A stretch of DNA of 64,000 nt, from assembly GCA_964016885.1 (NCBI GenBank), contig OZ024740.1, positions 238,452,001 to 238,516,000 on the forward strand, in the 5' to 3' direction. Positions 52,531-64,000 of this stretch are shown piece after piece. Under the pieces are notes generated by a model. That model worked only from the letters and a program-made list of their open reading frames with translations. It had not been told where the DNA came from and did not search any database. This DNA is from Eledone cirrhosa (Eukaryota). How positions within the stretch are numbered: the first letter of the stretch is position 1; every line of letters begins with the position of its first letter. A program made the translations under genes and the position numbers.

Positions 52531-55126
52531 TATATTAATATATATATATATATATACAAGGATGTTGATTGTGTATCTATATTTCGAATTTAAGAGGTGT
52601 TCTATGTCTATTACTCGTAGTTGGTTTGCTGAAGCGACATAAACTAGAGATTACAGAACTCGAGATAGTTAAACCAACATATCCTAAACAGATAAAGTTA
52701 ACAATAAAATGCAAAAAACCCCAACCCTAAAAGTCATACAGAATACTAACAAAATGATACAGGACACAGCCCAAATACAAAATATGAAAAGAAATATGAC
52801 ATGAAAGACGTAGGAAAAAAGTAAACCCTTAGAACGAAACTCAAGACTTCAATATGATAAAGCTGGAACTATGTACCTGCTTAGCTCTACAACCGGGTAA
52901 ATAAAAACAATCAGCTATGCCTGGAGACAATTTTATCAGAAAAAAAAAGAAGGAAACGATACTACAACCGAACGAACGCTAAATTTATGGATTTATTGGT
53001 GAATTCATTTCTGTTTTAGCTCATTTCCTATTCCCACATGGCACACAAATTCCTCTTACACGTCCAGCCGTCCCGTTAACCACACGATGGCCTGGTTAAG
53101 TTTAACAATAGTGATCGATTAGAAAAAAATGTTATTTAGATCTAAATAAATTTAGGTTATAGGGTCATGCGTCTTGTGACCAGGAGAGCCGCCGCATGGC
53201 TAAACAATTTTGTAACATTGCATCAGCCTTTTTCCTCCAGAGACCCTACCACCCCCGTCACATTCTAGGGAAAGTTAAATTGTCTCTCCCTCTATCGTCG
53301 GATTCGGACAAAATTAGTCCTGTTTATCCCCTTATTCATTCCACAGCTATCCTGTCTCCAACACCACCTGCTCTACTGCCAGAGTTAAGAATGTTCACCC
53401 AGCCCCTCCCAGCTGCCTGAATTCTATGTTGACCCCTCTCATGCTGTTAATTCACCACAAAACTGTTCTTTGTACTCGCCCAAGTCACTATTTGAAGTCC
53501 ATCAAATGTCACTTGTATAGCATTGTCATTACTAAGGTTCAAGCCGAACGTTTTTCTAACTGGACTTGTAACTAATGCCACTACAGCTCTGACACTTCAT
53601 GTGGCTGAACCTTGCTCTGATGTCCAGATCCCGGTTGAGGATTTTGCCACTGCTCTCCGGGTCTTGTCCAAGTCGAAGCTCATTACGAACTGGATCCCAA
53701 AGGGAGCTCAGACTTGTTTCACCCATTCTCGCTCCAAGCCGTTGAAGAACATCTGCCTATCCAACAACACCTCAGATTGGCCGAAACTGTTCTTATTCCA
53801 TGTAGTTTCTCTCCACGTGCCTAATGTGAAAACTGGCTCCCCTCACATCTTTCCTAAATGGCTGTTCGAACTGTTTGAGTTTACCCCCAACTACTGTTCA
53901 TCTCAGGTCGGTGATCAGCACAGTTCCAAACAATGGACAATCACTGAACTTAAATAAGGCCATCTATGCCAAATTCAGTGAATATGAGCACTCTATGCTA
54001 AAGTAGAGTGTATATATTAAGTTTAACATGACAAAGTTTCACATGTTTTTATTATTAACCAGTTAACGCACATTTCACAGATGATTGGCTCAAGGTCCAT
54101 ATAGATGTTATAGACCTGACTCCTGTATCAATTTGTTCAACAGACATAGTGATTCTGCTAAAAACAAATTACATCTTGAGACACATGTGTGACTGCTCAA
54201 TAATCAATAAAAATATTTATGTGAAAATCTGGCATTAATGTACACCCAGTAGAATGCAGGAATATGAGATGGAGGCCCCTGATCCATCTGTGAGATCAGT
54301 ACCTCTGCTCGAGTATTGACTCAGTCTGTGACAGCCCTTGCTATGATGATGATATATATAAAGGAAAGAAGCTGATTTACCAGGTCAAACCAAGAAAACT
54401 GTTTCCATTAGTCTTACTGCCTAATCTCTGGAGTCCCTCTACTGTAGGACCTCTCTTGTTCACACTGCCATAAACTCTTCAGTGAAGCCATTGAATGGGA
54501 GCTGCAAGATGTTACTAGTTCTGTACTGCAGAAGCTGTAGGAAAAACCCAGTTATTTATATAGAAAGCCAGAAAGCAGCAGAGGTCCAGAACACATGGCA
54601 GGATACAGTGTTGATAAAGGCTTTGAATCTACCAGGCAAGCTTATCTTTTTGACCTTTGGTGTGCTGGGCTTCGAGGTTTTTCTTGAACTTCTAAATCGC
54701 AACAGAATTTTGTAACATTGAATCAATGAACCCACAGATTAACTAAATTGCATCTGTTCTCTAATGCTTCTCCAATGTGCTGCAGCCAGGAACTCCAGGA
54801 ATCTCACTCACCCTTCTGCACTGAGAATTCGATGCCACTGTAATTTATTTATTCATTTTTAGGAGAAACAACATGACCAGTCTTCAGGAAACAATGTTGA
54901 AAAACACCCTCCTTTTAACACAACAAAACTGATTGATGTCTTTGAGGATTAATGTGCCCCCACTAGTCTGCAACTTTCCCTATTCATACAAAATACCTTG
55001 CAGTATTTAAGTATGTCTCTTTACATTATAAGTTCAAACTCTGCTGAGGTCAACTTTGTCTTCCATCTTTCCAATATGTTGATAGAAATTGTTATTGTTG
55101 CCTTCTGTTAGTGCATGTCCTACAGG

Positions 55127-55290
55127 CAGGGCCTCCAAGAGAAATTTTGCAAGGTAGTACAAGACCCCTTTGGGGCCCAAAGCAGGCAAGGATTTTTCTC
55201 AAAATGTATGTTGCATGGTTGCTGTGGGGCCTTCTTAGTTCTTGGGCACTGGAACAATGTACCGGCTGGACTCCCCTCTCATAGGCCCTG
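55127..55290. mobile_element. hAT-type MITE
   Basis: CAGGGCC...GGCCCTG termini with a perfect 8-bp TSD, CCTACAGG. Confidence 0.85.
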
Positions 55291-55509
55291 CCTACAGGAC
55301 TGTTATAGTCAATCTTTGAGTATTGTTTCCACTGTAATTGCATATGTTTGATTGTAGCAGTAGTTAGAAGCAGAATTTATTCATTTGAAAATATGAGATA
55401 TTTGAAGAGTTATATTATTTAGTTTTAGTTTAGAGTTTATATCATTTGATATTTTGCACCTGTGGAATGATATTTATTTATCATGTGTTGAATTGTGTTT
55501 AATATCATT

Positions 55510-55842
55510 GGCACATGGCTTAGTGGTTAGAGCATTGGCCTTGCAATCGAAAGGTTGTGAGTTCAATTCTCAGACCGGGTGATGTGTTGTTTCCTTGAGC
55601 AAGACACTTTATTTCACATTGCTCCAGTTTACTCAGCTGTAGAAATGAGATGATAGAGACTGGAGTCCCTATCATTCCACTGCAAAGTGGTCGTGTAGGT
55701 GCCACGGAAAAAAGCACCCAGCACTCACTGTAAATGAGGTTGGTGTTAGGAAGGGCAATACAGCTGTAGAAGTCAAGCCAGAATCAGTTCCCATCCCACC
55801 CTTGCAAGCAGGGAAAAGCGGACATAAAAGGATGATGATGAT
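55510..55842 (+). mobile_element. SINE family A
   Basis: Near-identical to the 34650 copy. Confidence 0.9.
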
Positions 55843-57575
55843 CATTGGTGTTTAAATCTTAATTCCTTTTAAACATATGTTAGCTAGTGTTTATCAGCTG
55901 TAAGCTCATGTTTATTGTTTGTTAACTGATATTTATTGGCTGTAAGTTGGTGTCTATACTTTAGTGGCTTTTGTTTAACATATATTAGTGTTTACCATCC
56001 GTAAGCTGATGTTTATTGTTTGTTAACTCATCTGTAAGTTGGAGTATATCCTTTACTAACTTGTTTATATCGTTTGTTAATTTCTATCTTTTGTATCTAA
56101 CACCTATCTGCTGGTGTTTAGCATGTGTTAACTGGTGTTTAGATTCTATTAACTCATCTTTAATGTCTGTAAGTTGGTATTTACATCTGTTAGTTGGTTT
56201 TTAACTTCTCTTAGTTAATGAATGAATATGCATCAGAGATAACTTGTAAATAGTTCAAATGACTGCAGATATTTACTGCAATCTTGCAGAAACCTAACAA
56301 ATTTCCAAACAGCAACAATATCAATTTACATTTGGCTGCTTACAAATTTATATTTTGCAGTCTAAAAACTATATTTAAATTAAAAAATTAAAAAGCTTTC
56401 ATTAAAAAATCTGTGGGCACAGAAGTTCTAGTCCCTGATATTGTGGCTGCATCATTAAACCATTTATATAAATTATTAGGCCTCCAAAGGCCTCCAAAAA
56501 TACAGTGCTAGGAACTACATGATCACAGCTACATACCTCATAGTATAACTTGTTAAATATTTTGATATTCATTTTGAGAACAATATCTTAACATCAGTAT
56601 GAACAAACGATTACAGCTAATTTGAACAGAAAGAGGTGAGAGAATTCTGGCCGGATACGGTTGGTTTAAATGCTAAAGGGTTAAGACACCCTAATGGGGG
56701 TTAAACCCCCTATCGTGAAAATTTGGGCCAATAAATGGAACAAGATTTCACCAACTCCTCCTATGGTTTTGGAGATAGACCCCGATAACCATATATATTC
56801 TGAAACTATATTACCCAGGGTACTTGGATAAGTATGTTTCATTTTAATCAAAGGATTCCCCGGGGCACAAACCCCTGCTGAAAATGTTTCCCTTCGATTT
56901 GTATGAAATTTAAACCATAGTTAAATATGATGCCTATTCACAAAAGTTTTGAATTGATATTGTGATAAACATTATTTACAAGAAACAAAATAAGAATAGG
57001 ATTTAATAATGTAATTTTGATTTGATATATTACAAAAAATAATGTTTTCCAATTTTTCATGCATTACATTTTACATTGAGTAATATTGAAATGCAGAGTT
57101 TTTCTCCATAAATTATATCACTGATTTAAAACCAATCATCATTTTCTTACAAAAAAAATGTGTGAAATGCAGCAAGGTGTGGGTAATTTGGCTAGTATAA
57201 GATATATTTCTCAATACAGTCAACCATGGAAAAATGTGTTTAAATCTTCTGATACTAAACCACATGAAACCGTCCCTTGTACGATATAAAACTATTTCTT
57301 TTAAAGTTCCAAACATTAGCTTCATAATGAAAAAAGTTTCTTATATTACTAAATACATCCAAATTATTGAAAATTATAAGCAATGTTTTTTATGAGACAT
57401 TTGGTTACAAAAGGGTTGAAGTAAGAAAATGACAGGATTGAATGCGGAGAGGGGGGACTTCTATAAAAAAAATTCCAGAAAGTTGTCATTAATAGCAGGT
57501 TATGCCTTAATAGTCCAATAGTCAATTACTTGGTCTTACATGTGGATATATAGTCCAGAGAATATAAATAACATA

Positions 57576-57742
57576 CTGCATTTCCCGGCATCGCAGATGC
57601 TACTTTTTTCCTAAAATAAGTCTCAAAAATCTATCATGCGTCCTGGAGGCCGCAGGTTGTTTATTATTTTTTTTTTATTTTTGGTTGTCAAAATTAGGGT
57701 GTATCCTCAAGGATGAAGCGTCTTTGGTACCAGGAATTACGG
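57576..57742. mobile_element. pogo-type MITE (diverged)
   Basis: TA-ctgcatttcccgg ... ccaggaattacgg-TA imperfect TIRs. Confidence 0.6.
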
Positions 57743-58114
57743 TACTTTAATATATTAGTGCCAAAATCACCGATAGCCTGAGTGTCTCAATATTGATATA
57801 GAATGTTCAGATGGCTCAAATCTACCAAAAAATTGTGACTGAATCTGGGAGAAAGTTTAGTCAATATGATTCCTCCATGAAATGTACAAAATATTGACTG
57901 TAATAGGCAAGTGAAAGCTAACCACTAGAGAATACTTACTAGTTGAGAGACGTCTAGAATTTGATTAGAGATGAAAAACGAAAGTGCAATACTCAATCAT
58001 CACCAACCTGGAATACCTAACTTGTAAAAATCTATCAAGTTCATGGGGATTACAAAATTCTGGTTGAGTGCTCTATACCATTTAATATTATAAAAGACAA
58101 TATCTGTTGTCAGG

Positions 58115-58189
58115 GGTCATTTAGCTCAATAGTACAGAGCGCTCAGCTGGAATTTCATAGAGACAGAGTTCAATTCTCTGAAGTGGCTG
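58115..58189 (+). pseudogene. tRNA-like sequence (tRNA pseudogene or SINE head)
   Basis: Acceptor stem (GGTCATT/AGTGGCT), D stem (GCTC/GAGC) and T stem (CAGAG/CTCTG) pair. The anticodon stem does not. Confidence 0.6.
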
Positions 58190-58295
58190 CTGGCCACTTT
58201 TTCCATCTATAGGGGTATTTTTATGCAATTTTCTAAAGATGATTTCACAGGTATTCTCCTACGTTTGAGATTTTCTTCATTTCTTTCTCTCTCTC

Positions 58296-58351
<56 letters not shown>

Positions 58352-58554
58352 TATGTATACGTACATACATATATGTATACAGACGTACAGTAGTATGTAT
58401 ATATATATACATACATGCACACATATATATATGTACGTATGGATTTACCAAACATTTATTATAATGCTCGGTGCGTTTGTAAACAAACATCCCGAATTAA
58501 GCCGTACAGTGTCTAGCAACCATCGTTGCTAATTTGTTCAACACTGACAAAGGA

Positions 58555-58597
58555 ACGCTGTACTAGTTTCAAGCTTATTAGCTATCGTCAGCAACGT
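58555..58597 (-). ncRNA. Type I hammerhead ribozyme with palindromic stem III
   Basis: acgttg-CTGACGA-tAGCT-aata-AGCTt-GAAAC-ta-GTA-cagcgt. 6-bp stem I, GUA triplet, ACTAGT palindrome. Confidence 0.8.
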
Positions 58598-59130
58598 ATA
58601 CCTTCCTGCCAGATGATTGAACATCTGAAAGTATATACTTTCCTTGCATATTAACGGCTGAGCAGCCTAATTTGCATATCGAGTGAGTTAATCGGCCGGG
58701 TGCACCGAAAACGCTAAATGGAAAAAATGAAACGAAATTTCATTTCTCACTCTTAGTACGGCTGTTACTTAAATATAAGTATGTATACGTATATACATAC
58801 ATGTATACAGACGTACAATAGTATGTATATATATATACATACACACATATATATGTGCGTATGGATTTACCGAGCACTTATTATAATGCTCGGTTTGTTT
58901 GTAAACAAACATCCCGTCTGTATACATATATGTATGTACGTATACATACTTATATTTAAGTAACAGCCGTACTAAGAGTGAGAAATGAAATTTCGTTTCA
59001 TTTTTTCCATTTATCATTTTCGGTGCGCCCGGCCGATTAACTCCCTCGATATGCAAATTAGGCTGCTCAGCTGTTAATATGCAAGGAAAGTATATACTTT
59101 CAGATGTTCAATCATCTGGCAGGAAGGTAT

Positions 59131-59173
59131 ACAGTGCTGATGACAGCTAATAAGCTTGAAACTAGTACATCGT
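59131..59173 (+). ncRNA. Second, inverted copy of the same hammerhead
   Basis: gtg-CTGATGA-cAGCT-aata-AGCTt-GAAAC-ta-GTA-cat. Stem I is weaker than in the minus-strand copy. Confidence 0.7.
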
Positions 59174-59689
59174 TCCTTTGTCAGTGTTGAACAAAAGGGC
59201 AACGATGGTTGCTAAACACTGTACGGCTTAATTTGGGATGTTTGTTTACAAACAAACCGAGCATTATAATAAATATTCGGTAAATCCATACATACATATA
59301 TTTAAGTAACAGCCGTACTAAGAGTGAGAAATGAAATTTTGTTTCATTTTTTCCATTTATATATATATATATATATAATAATATTATTTATAGTTATGTA
59401 TACACTATATACAACTATAAACAGGAAAGGTCAGTAATATATATATATATAAATTAATAATAATTATGAAGACCAAAATTCGAAGAGAGCTCGATAAGGA
59501 TTATATATATAAAAGTATATATAAACCCATAGAACAAATATTTATTATTAGTACAGATTAAAGTTAAAGCAAAGAATTTCTGTTTTCACCCTATTCTTTG
59601 CGTAAACTTTAATCTGTACTAATAATAAATATATATATATATAATTGTATATATATATTTGTATATATATATATATAATTATATAGATA

Positions 59690-59930
59690 TGTGTATCCCA
59701 GGTTCAATCGGGGGTAACCGCAGTATGTAAGGTACTCAATACATAGCAGAGTATAAATATTTAATATAGAAATGTTTTTTACAGGACTAGAACTGTTTCA
59801 TTCCATGCTAGCGTGGAAGATAAACTTTAAACGATGATGATGATGATGATGATGATGAAATCATCAGGGTTTTCCTGATGATTTCCTTCAAATGAAACAG
59901 TTCTAGTCCTGTAGAAGCCATTTCTATATA
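59690..59930. mobile_element. Palindromic copy of the 14150 family, left arm interrupted by an RTE tail
   Basis: gaaatcatcagg/cctgatgatttc centred near 59871, outer arms acaggactagaactgtttcatt / aatgaaacagttctagtcctgt. Insert at 59803-59856. Confidence 0.7.
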
Positions 59931-59937
59931 ATTATAT

Positions 59938-60140
59938 ATAACAAAGGAGTTGTGGAAAGGAACCAGATGGACCATAACACACCAGAGTACTCAATACTTA
60001 GGGTAGTAGAGTGGGTAATAGGAAAAAGTATGATCCCGACGACAGAGCTCAAACCGTTTCGACGGCTATTTCTGGACTGAGTCCAGAAATAGCCGTCGAA
60101 ACGGCTTGAGCTTTGCCGTCGGGGTCATACTTTTTCCTAT
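59938..60140 (-). mobile_element. TA-flanked hairpin element with hammerhead stem III (copy 2)
   Basis: Near-perfect palindrome 60018-60140 centred on 60079, plus the shared 80-bp tail. Confidence 0.78.
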
Positions 60141-60160
60141 AATTATACATATATATATAT

Positions 60161-60505
60161 CATCATCATCATTCATCATCATTTCATTTTACGTCCGCTT
60201 TTTCCCTGCTTGCAAGGATGGGACGGGAACTGATGCTGGCTTGATTTCTACAGCTGGATGCCCTTCCTAACACCAACCTCATTTACAGTGAGTGCTGGGT
60301 GCTTTTTTGCCGTGGCACCTCCACAACCACTTTGCAGTGGAATGATAGGGACCCCAGTCCCTATCATCTCATTTCTACAGCTGAGTAAACTGGAGTAATG
60401 TGAAATAAAGTGTCTTGCTCAAGGAAACAACACATCACCCGGTCTGAGAATTGAACTCACAACCTTTTGATTGCAAGCCCAATGCTCTAACCACTAAGCC
60501 ATGTG

Positions 60506-60509
<4 letters not shown>
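60161..60509 (-). mobile_element. SINE family A
   Basis: Reverse complement of the 34650 copy. Confidence 0.9.
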
Positions 60510-60598
<89 letters not shown>

Positions 60599-60743
60599 TC
60601 TTTTTCATATATATATCATCATCATCATCAGGTTTAGCGTCCGTGTTCCACGCTTGCATGGGTTTGGACGGGGGTTTTCCCACTTGAGGCAAGAGTGGTT
60701 GTCTTGCTCGCATAGGACTGTCTGGCAGATTTTCTACAGTTGG

Positions 60744-60777
<34 letters not shown>

Positions 60778-60959
60778 TAGGTTGAAGGGGAAGGAGATAG
60801 AATAGGGGACATCCAAGTAGCTAGAGACTGATTAAGAGAGGAATGGTGCTTTAGTGATAATAGGAGTGACAGTTATGTAATGATGGTGTAGTAGTATTAG
60901 TAGTGGGAATGGTGGGAATGGTGATGATTGGATTTGATGGAATAGTGAGGTTTAAATGG

Positions 60960-62057
60960 TAGTGGTGGTGGTGGTGGTGGTGGTTATGATAGTCATGGTT
61001 GGTGGTGGTGGTGGTGGTGGTGGTAGTGGTAGTGAGGGTATGATAGTCATGGTTGGTGGTGGTGGTGAGGGTTATGATAGTCATGGTTGGTGGTGGTGGT
61101 GGTGGGGGTTATGATAGTCATGGTTGGTGGTGGTGTGGTGGTGGTGGTGGTGGTAGTCATGGTTGGTGGTGGTGGTAGTGGTAGTGGTGGTGAGGGTATG
61201 ATAGTCATGGTTGGTGGTGGTGGTGGTGGTGGTAGTGGTGGTGGTGGTGAGGGTTATGATAGTCATGGTTGGTGGTGGTGGTGGTGGTGGTAGTGGTGGT
61301 GGTGGTGGTGGTTATGATAGTCATGGTTGGTGGTGGTGGTGGTGGTGGTGGTAGTGGTGGTGGTGAGGGTTATGATAGTCATGGTTGGTGGTGGTGGTGG
61401 TGGTGGTGGTTATGATAGTCATGGTTGGTGGTGGTGGTGGTGGTGGTAGTGGTGGTGGTGAGGGTTATGATAGTCATGGTTGGTGGTGGTGGTGGTGGTG
61501 GTGGTTATGATAGTCATGGTTGGTGGTGGTGGTGGTGGTGGTTATGATAGTCATGGTTGGTGGTGGTGGTGGTGGTGGTGGTGGTGGTTATGATAGTCAT
61601 GGTTGGTGGTGGTGGTGGTGGTGGTGGTAGTGGTAGTGGTGGTGGTGAGGGTATGATAGTCATGGTTGGTGGTGGTGGTGGTGGTGGTGGTGGTGGTTAT
61701 GATAGTCATGGTTGGTGGTGGTGGTAGTAGTGGTGGTGGTGGGGGTTATGATAGTCATGGTTGGTGGTGGTGGTGGTGGTAGTGGTAGTGGTGGTGGTGA
61801 GGGTATGATAGTCATGGTTGGTGGTGGTGGTGGTGGGGGTTATGATAGTCATGGTTGGTGGTGGTGGTAGTAGTGGTGGTGGTGGGGGTTATGATAGTCA
61901 TGGTTGGTGGTGGTGGTGGTGGTGGTGGTAGTGGTAGTGGTGGTGGTGAGGGTATGATAGTCATGGTTGGTGGTGGTGGTGGTGGTGGTTATGATAGTCA
62001 TGGTTGGTGGTGGTGGTAGTGGTGGTGGTGGTAGTGGTGGTGGTAGTGGTGGTGGTG
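60960..62057. repeat. Compound minisatellite: constant TATGATAGTCATGGTT separated by variable (GGT)n
   Basis: About 20 copies of the 16-mer with variable-length GGT runs. Confidence 0.95.
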
Positions 62058-62137
62058 ACATAATGGCAACTGAAATGGTATAAATTAGCACCAATATAAT
62101 TAGTAAAGAATTAGATGGTAATACCGTAGTAGATGCA

Positions 62138-64000
62138 GTGGTGGTGTAAGGGTGGGTGTAGTAGTGGTGTGGTGGTGGTGTAATGGTGGGTGTGGTGGTG
62201 GTGTAAGGGTGGGTGTAGTAGTGGTGTGGTGGTGGTGTAAGGGTGGGTGTAGTAGTAGTGTGGTGGTGGTGTAAGGGTGGGTGTAATAGTGGTGTGGTGG
62301 TGGTGTAATGGTGGGTGTGGTGGTGGTGTAAGGGTGGGTGTAGTAGTGGTGTAAGGGTGGGTGTAGTGGTGGTGTAAAAGTGGGTGTAGTAGTAGATGCA
62401 GTGGTGGTGTAAGGGTGGGTGTAGTAGTGGTGTGGTGGTGGTGTAAGGGTGGGTGTAGTAGTGGTGTGGTGGTGGTGTAAGGGTGGTGTGGTGGTGGTGT
62501 AAGGGTGGTGTGGTGGTGTTATAAGGGTGGGTGTAGTAGTGGTGTTGTGGTGGTGTAAGGGTGGGTGTAGTAGTGGTGTGGTGGTGGTGTAAGGGTGGGT
62601 GTAGTAGTGGTGTAGGGGTGGTGTAAGGGTGGGTGTAGTAGTGGTGTGGTGGTGGTGTAAGGGTGGGTGTAATAGTGGTGTGGTGGTGGTGTAAGGGTGG
62701 ATGTAGTAGTGGTGTGGTGGTGGTGTAAGGGTGGGTGTAGTAGTGGTGTGGTGGTGGTGTAGTAGTGGTGTGGTGGTGGTGTAAGGGTGGGTGTAGTAGT
62801 GGTGTGATGGTGGTGTATGGGTGGGTGTAATAGTGGTGTGGTGGTGGTGTAAGAGTGGGTGTAGTAGTGGTGTGGTGGTGGTGTATGGGTGGGTGTAATA
62901 GTGGTGTGGTGGTGGTGTAAGGGTGGGTGTAGTAGTGGTGTGGTGGTGGTGTAAGGGTGGGTGTAGTGGTGGTGGTGTAAGGGTGGGTGTAATAGTGGTG
63001 TGGTGGTGGTGTAAGGGTGGGTGTAGTAGTGGTGTGGTGGTGGTGTAAGGGTGGGTGTAATAGTGGTGTGGTGGTGGTGTAAGGGTGGGTTTAGTAGTGG
63101 TGTGGTGGTGGTGTAAGGGTGGGTGTAGTAGTGGTGTAAAGGTGGGTGTAGGGGTGGTGTAAGGGTGGGTGTAGTAGTGGTGTGGTGGTGGTGTAAGGGT
63201 GGGTGTAGTAGTGGTGTAAAGGTGGGTGTAGGGGTGGTGTAAGGGTGGGTGTAGTAGTGGTGTGGTGGTGGTGTAAGGGTGGGTGTAAGGGTGGGTGTAG
63301 TAGTGGTGTGGTGGTGGTGTAAGGGTGGGTGTAGTAGTGGTGTAAAGGTGGGTGTAGGGGTGGTGTAAGGGTGGGTGTAGTAGTGGTGTAAGGGTGGGTG
63401 TAGTAGTGGTGTGGTGTAAGGGTGGGTGTAGTAGTGGTGTAAGGGTGGGTGTAGTAGTGGGGTGGTGGTGGTGTAAGGGTGGGTGTAGTAGTGGTGTGGT
63501 GGTGGTGTAAGAGTGGGTGTAGTAGTGGTGTAAAGGTGGGTGTAGGGGTGGTGTAAGGGTGGGTGTAGTAGTGGTGTGGTGGTGGTGTAAGGGTGGGTGT
63601 AGTAGTGGTGTAAAGGTGGGTGTAGGGGTGGTGTAAGGGTGGGTGTAGTAGTGGTGTGGTGGTGGTGTAAGGGTGGGTGTAGTAGTGGTGTGGTGGTGGT
63701 GTAAGGGTGGGTGTAGTAGTAGTGTGGTGGTGGTGTAAGGGTGGGTGTAATAGTAGTGTGGTGGTGGTGTAAGAGTGGGTGTAGTAGTGGTGTGGTGGTG
63801 GTGTAAGGGTGGGTGTAATAGTAGTGTGGTGGTGGTGTAAGAGTGGGTGTAGTAGTAGTGTGGTGGTGGTGTAAGAGTGGGTGTAGTAGTGGTGTGGTGG
63901 TGGTGTAAGGGTGGGTGTAGTAGTAGTGTGGTGGTGGTGTAAGGGTGGGTGTAGTAGTGGTGTGGTGGTGGTGTAAGGGTGGGTGTAGTAGTGGTGTGGT
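62138..64000. repeat. 34-bp G/T-rich minisatellite (GTAAGGGTGGGTGTAGTAGTGGTGTGGTGGTGGT), runs off the right edge
   Basis: Period 34 (for example 63905/63939), with shorter deletion variants. Confidence 0.96.

Larger units (their letters stand above)
58349..59359. mobile_element. Inverted partial-tandem array of a 428-bp hammerhead-containing unit (retrozyme-like or Penelope terminal repeat)
   Basis: Direct repeat at 58351/58779, inversion junction at about 58915, right arm is the reverse complement, (TA)n on both sides. Confidence 0.8.

Noticed and set aside
34663-55717. Four near-identical short ORFs ending RLQGQCSNH as a gene family
   Set aside because: They are antisense readings of SINE family A copies.
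58115-58189. Functional tRNA gene
   Set aside because: The anticodon stem does not pair; kept only as tRNA-like.
60960-62057. CRISPR-like constant repeat with variable spacers
   Set aside because: The spacers are just (GGT)n runs, the context is eukaryotic, and there are no cas genes.
62138-64000. Telomeric array
   Set aside because: Contains TAAGGG within a 34-bp unit, not tandem TTAGGG.

Overview
Repeat-dense animal DNA. The SINE/LINE families suggest an octopus/cephalopod genome; this is inferred from recalled repeat motifs, not a database result. The window is bracketed by G/T-rich tandem arrays: a 49-bp satellite with higher-order structure (1-13393) and GGT/34-bp minisatellites (60960-64000). 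One host gene is visible on the minus strand and is largely missed by the ORF track. It has two tiny phase-0 exons (50558-50469, 38085-38017), each encoding an HMGA-type AT-hook. These can splice in frame to a 500-aa terminal exon (31676-30174) instead of the usual third hook plus acidic tail. Mobile DNA includes a DD37D/maT transposon, RTE LINEs, a Penelope-like element, an R4/Dong fragment in (TAA)n, a 632-bp TRIM with a tRNA-Trp primer site, two SINE families and several MITE families. The most striking non-coding signal is a set of short elements sitting in (TA)n microsatellites. Many are arranged as palindromes and carry type I hammerhead-ribozyme cores, including a 428-bp retrozyme-like unit in an inverted partial-tandem arrangement (58349-59359).
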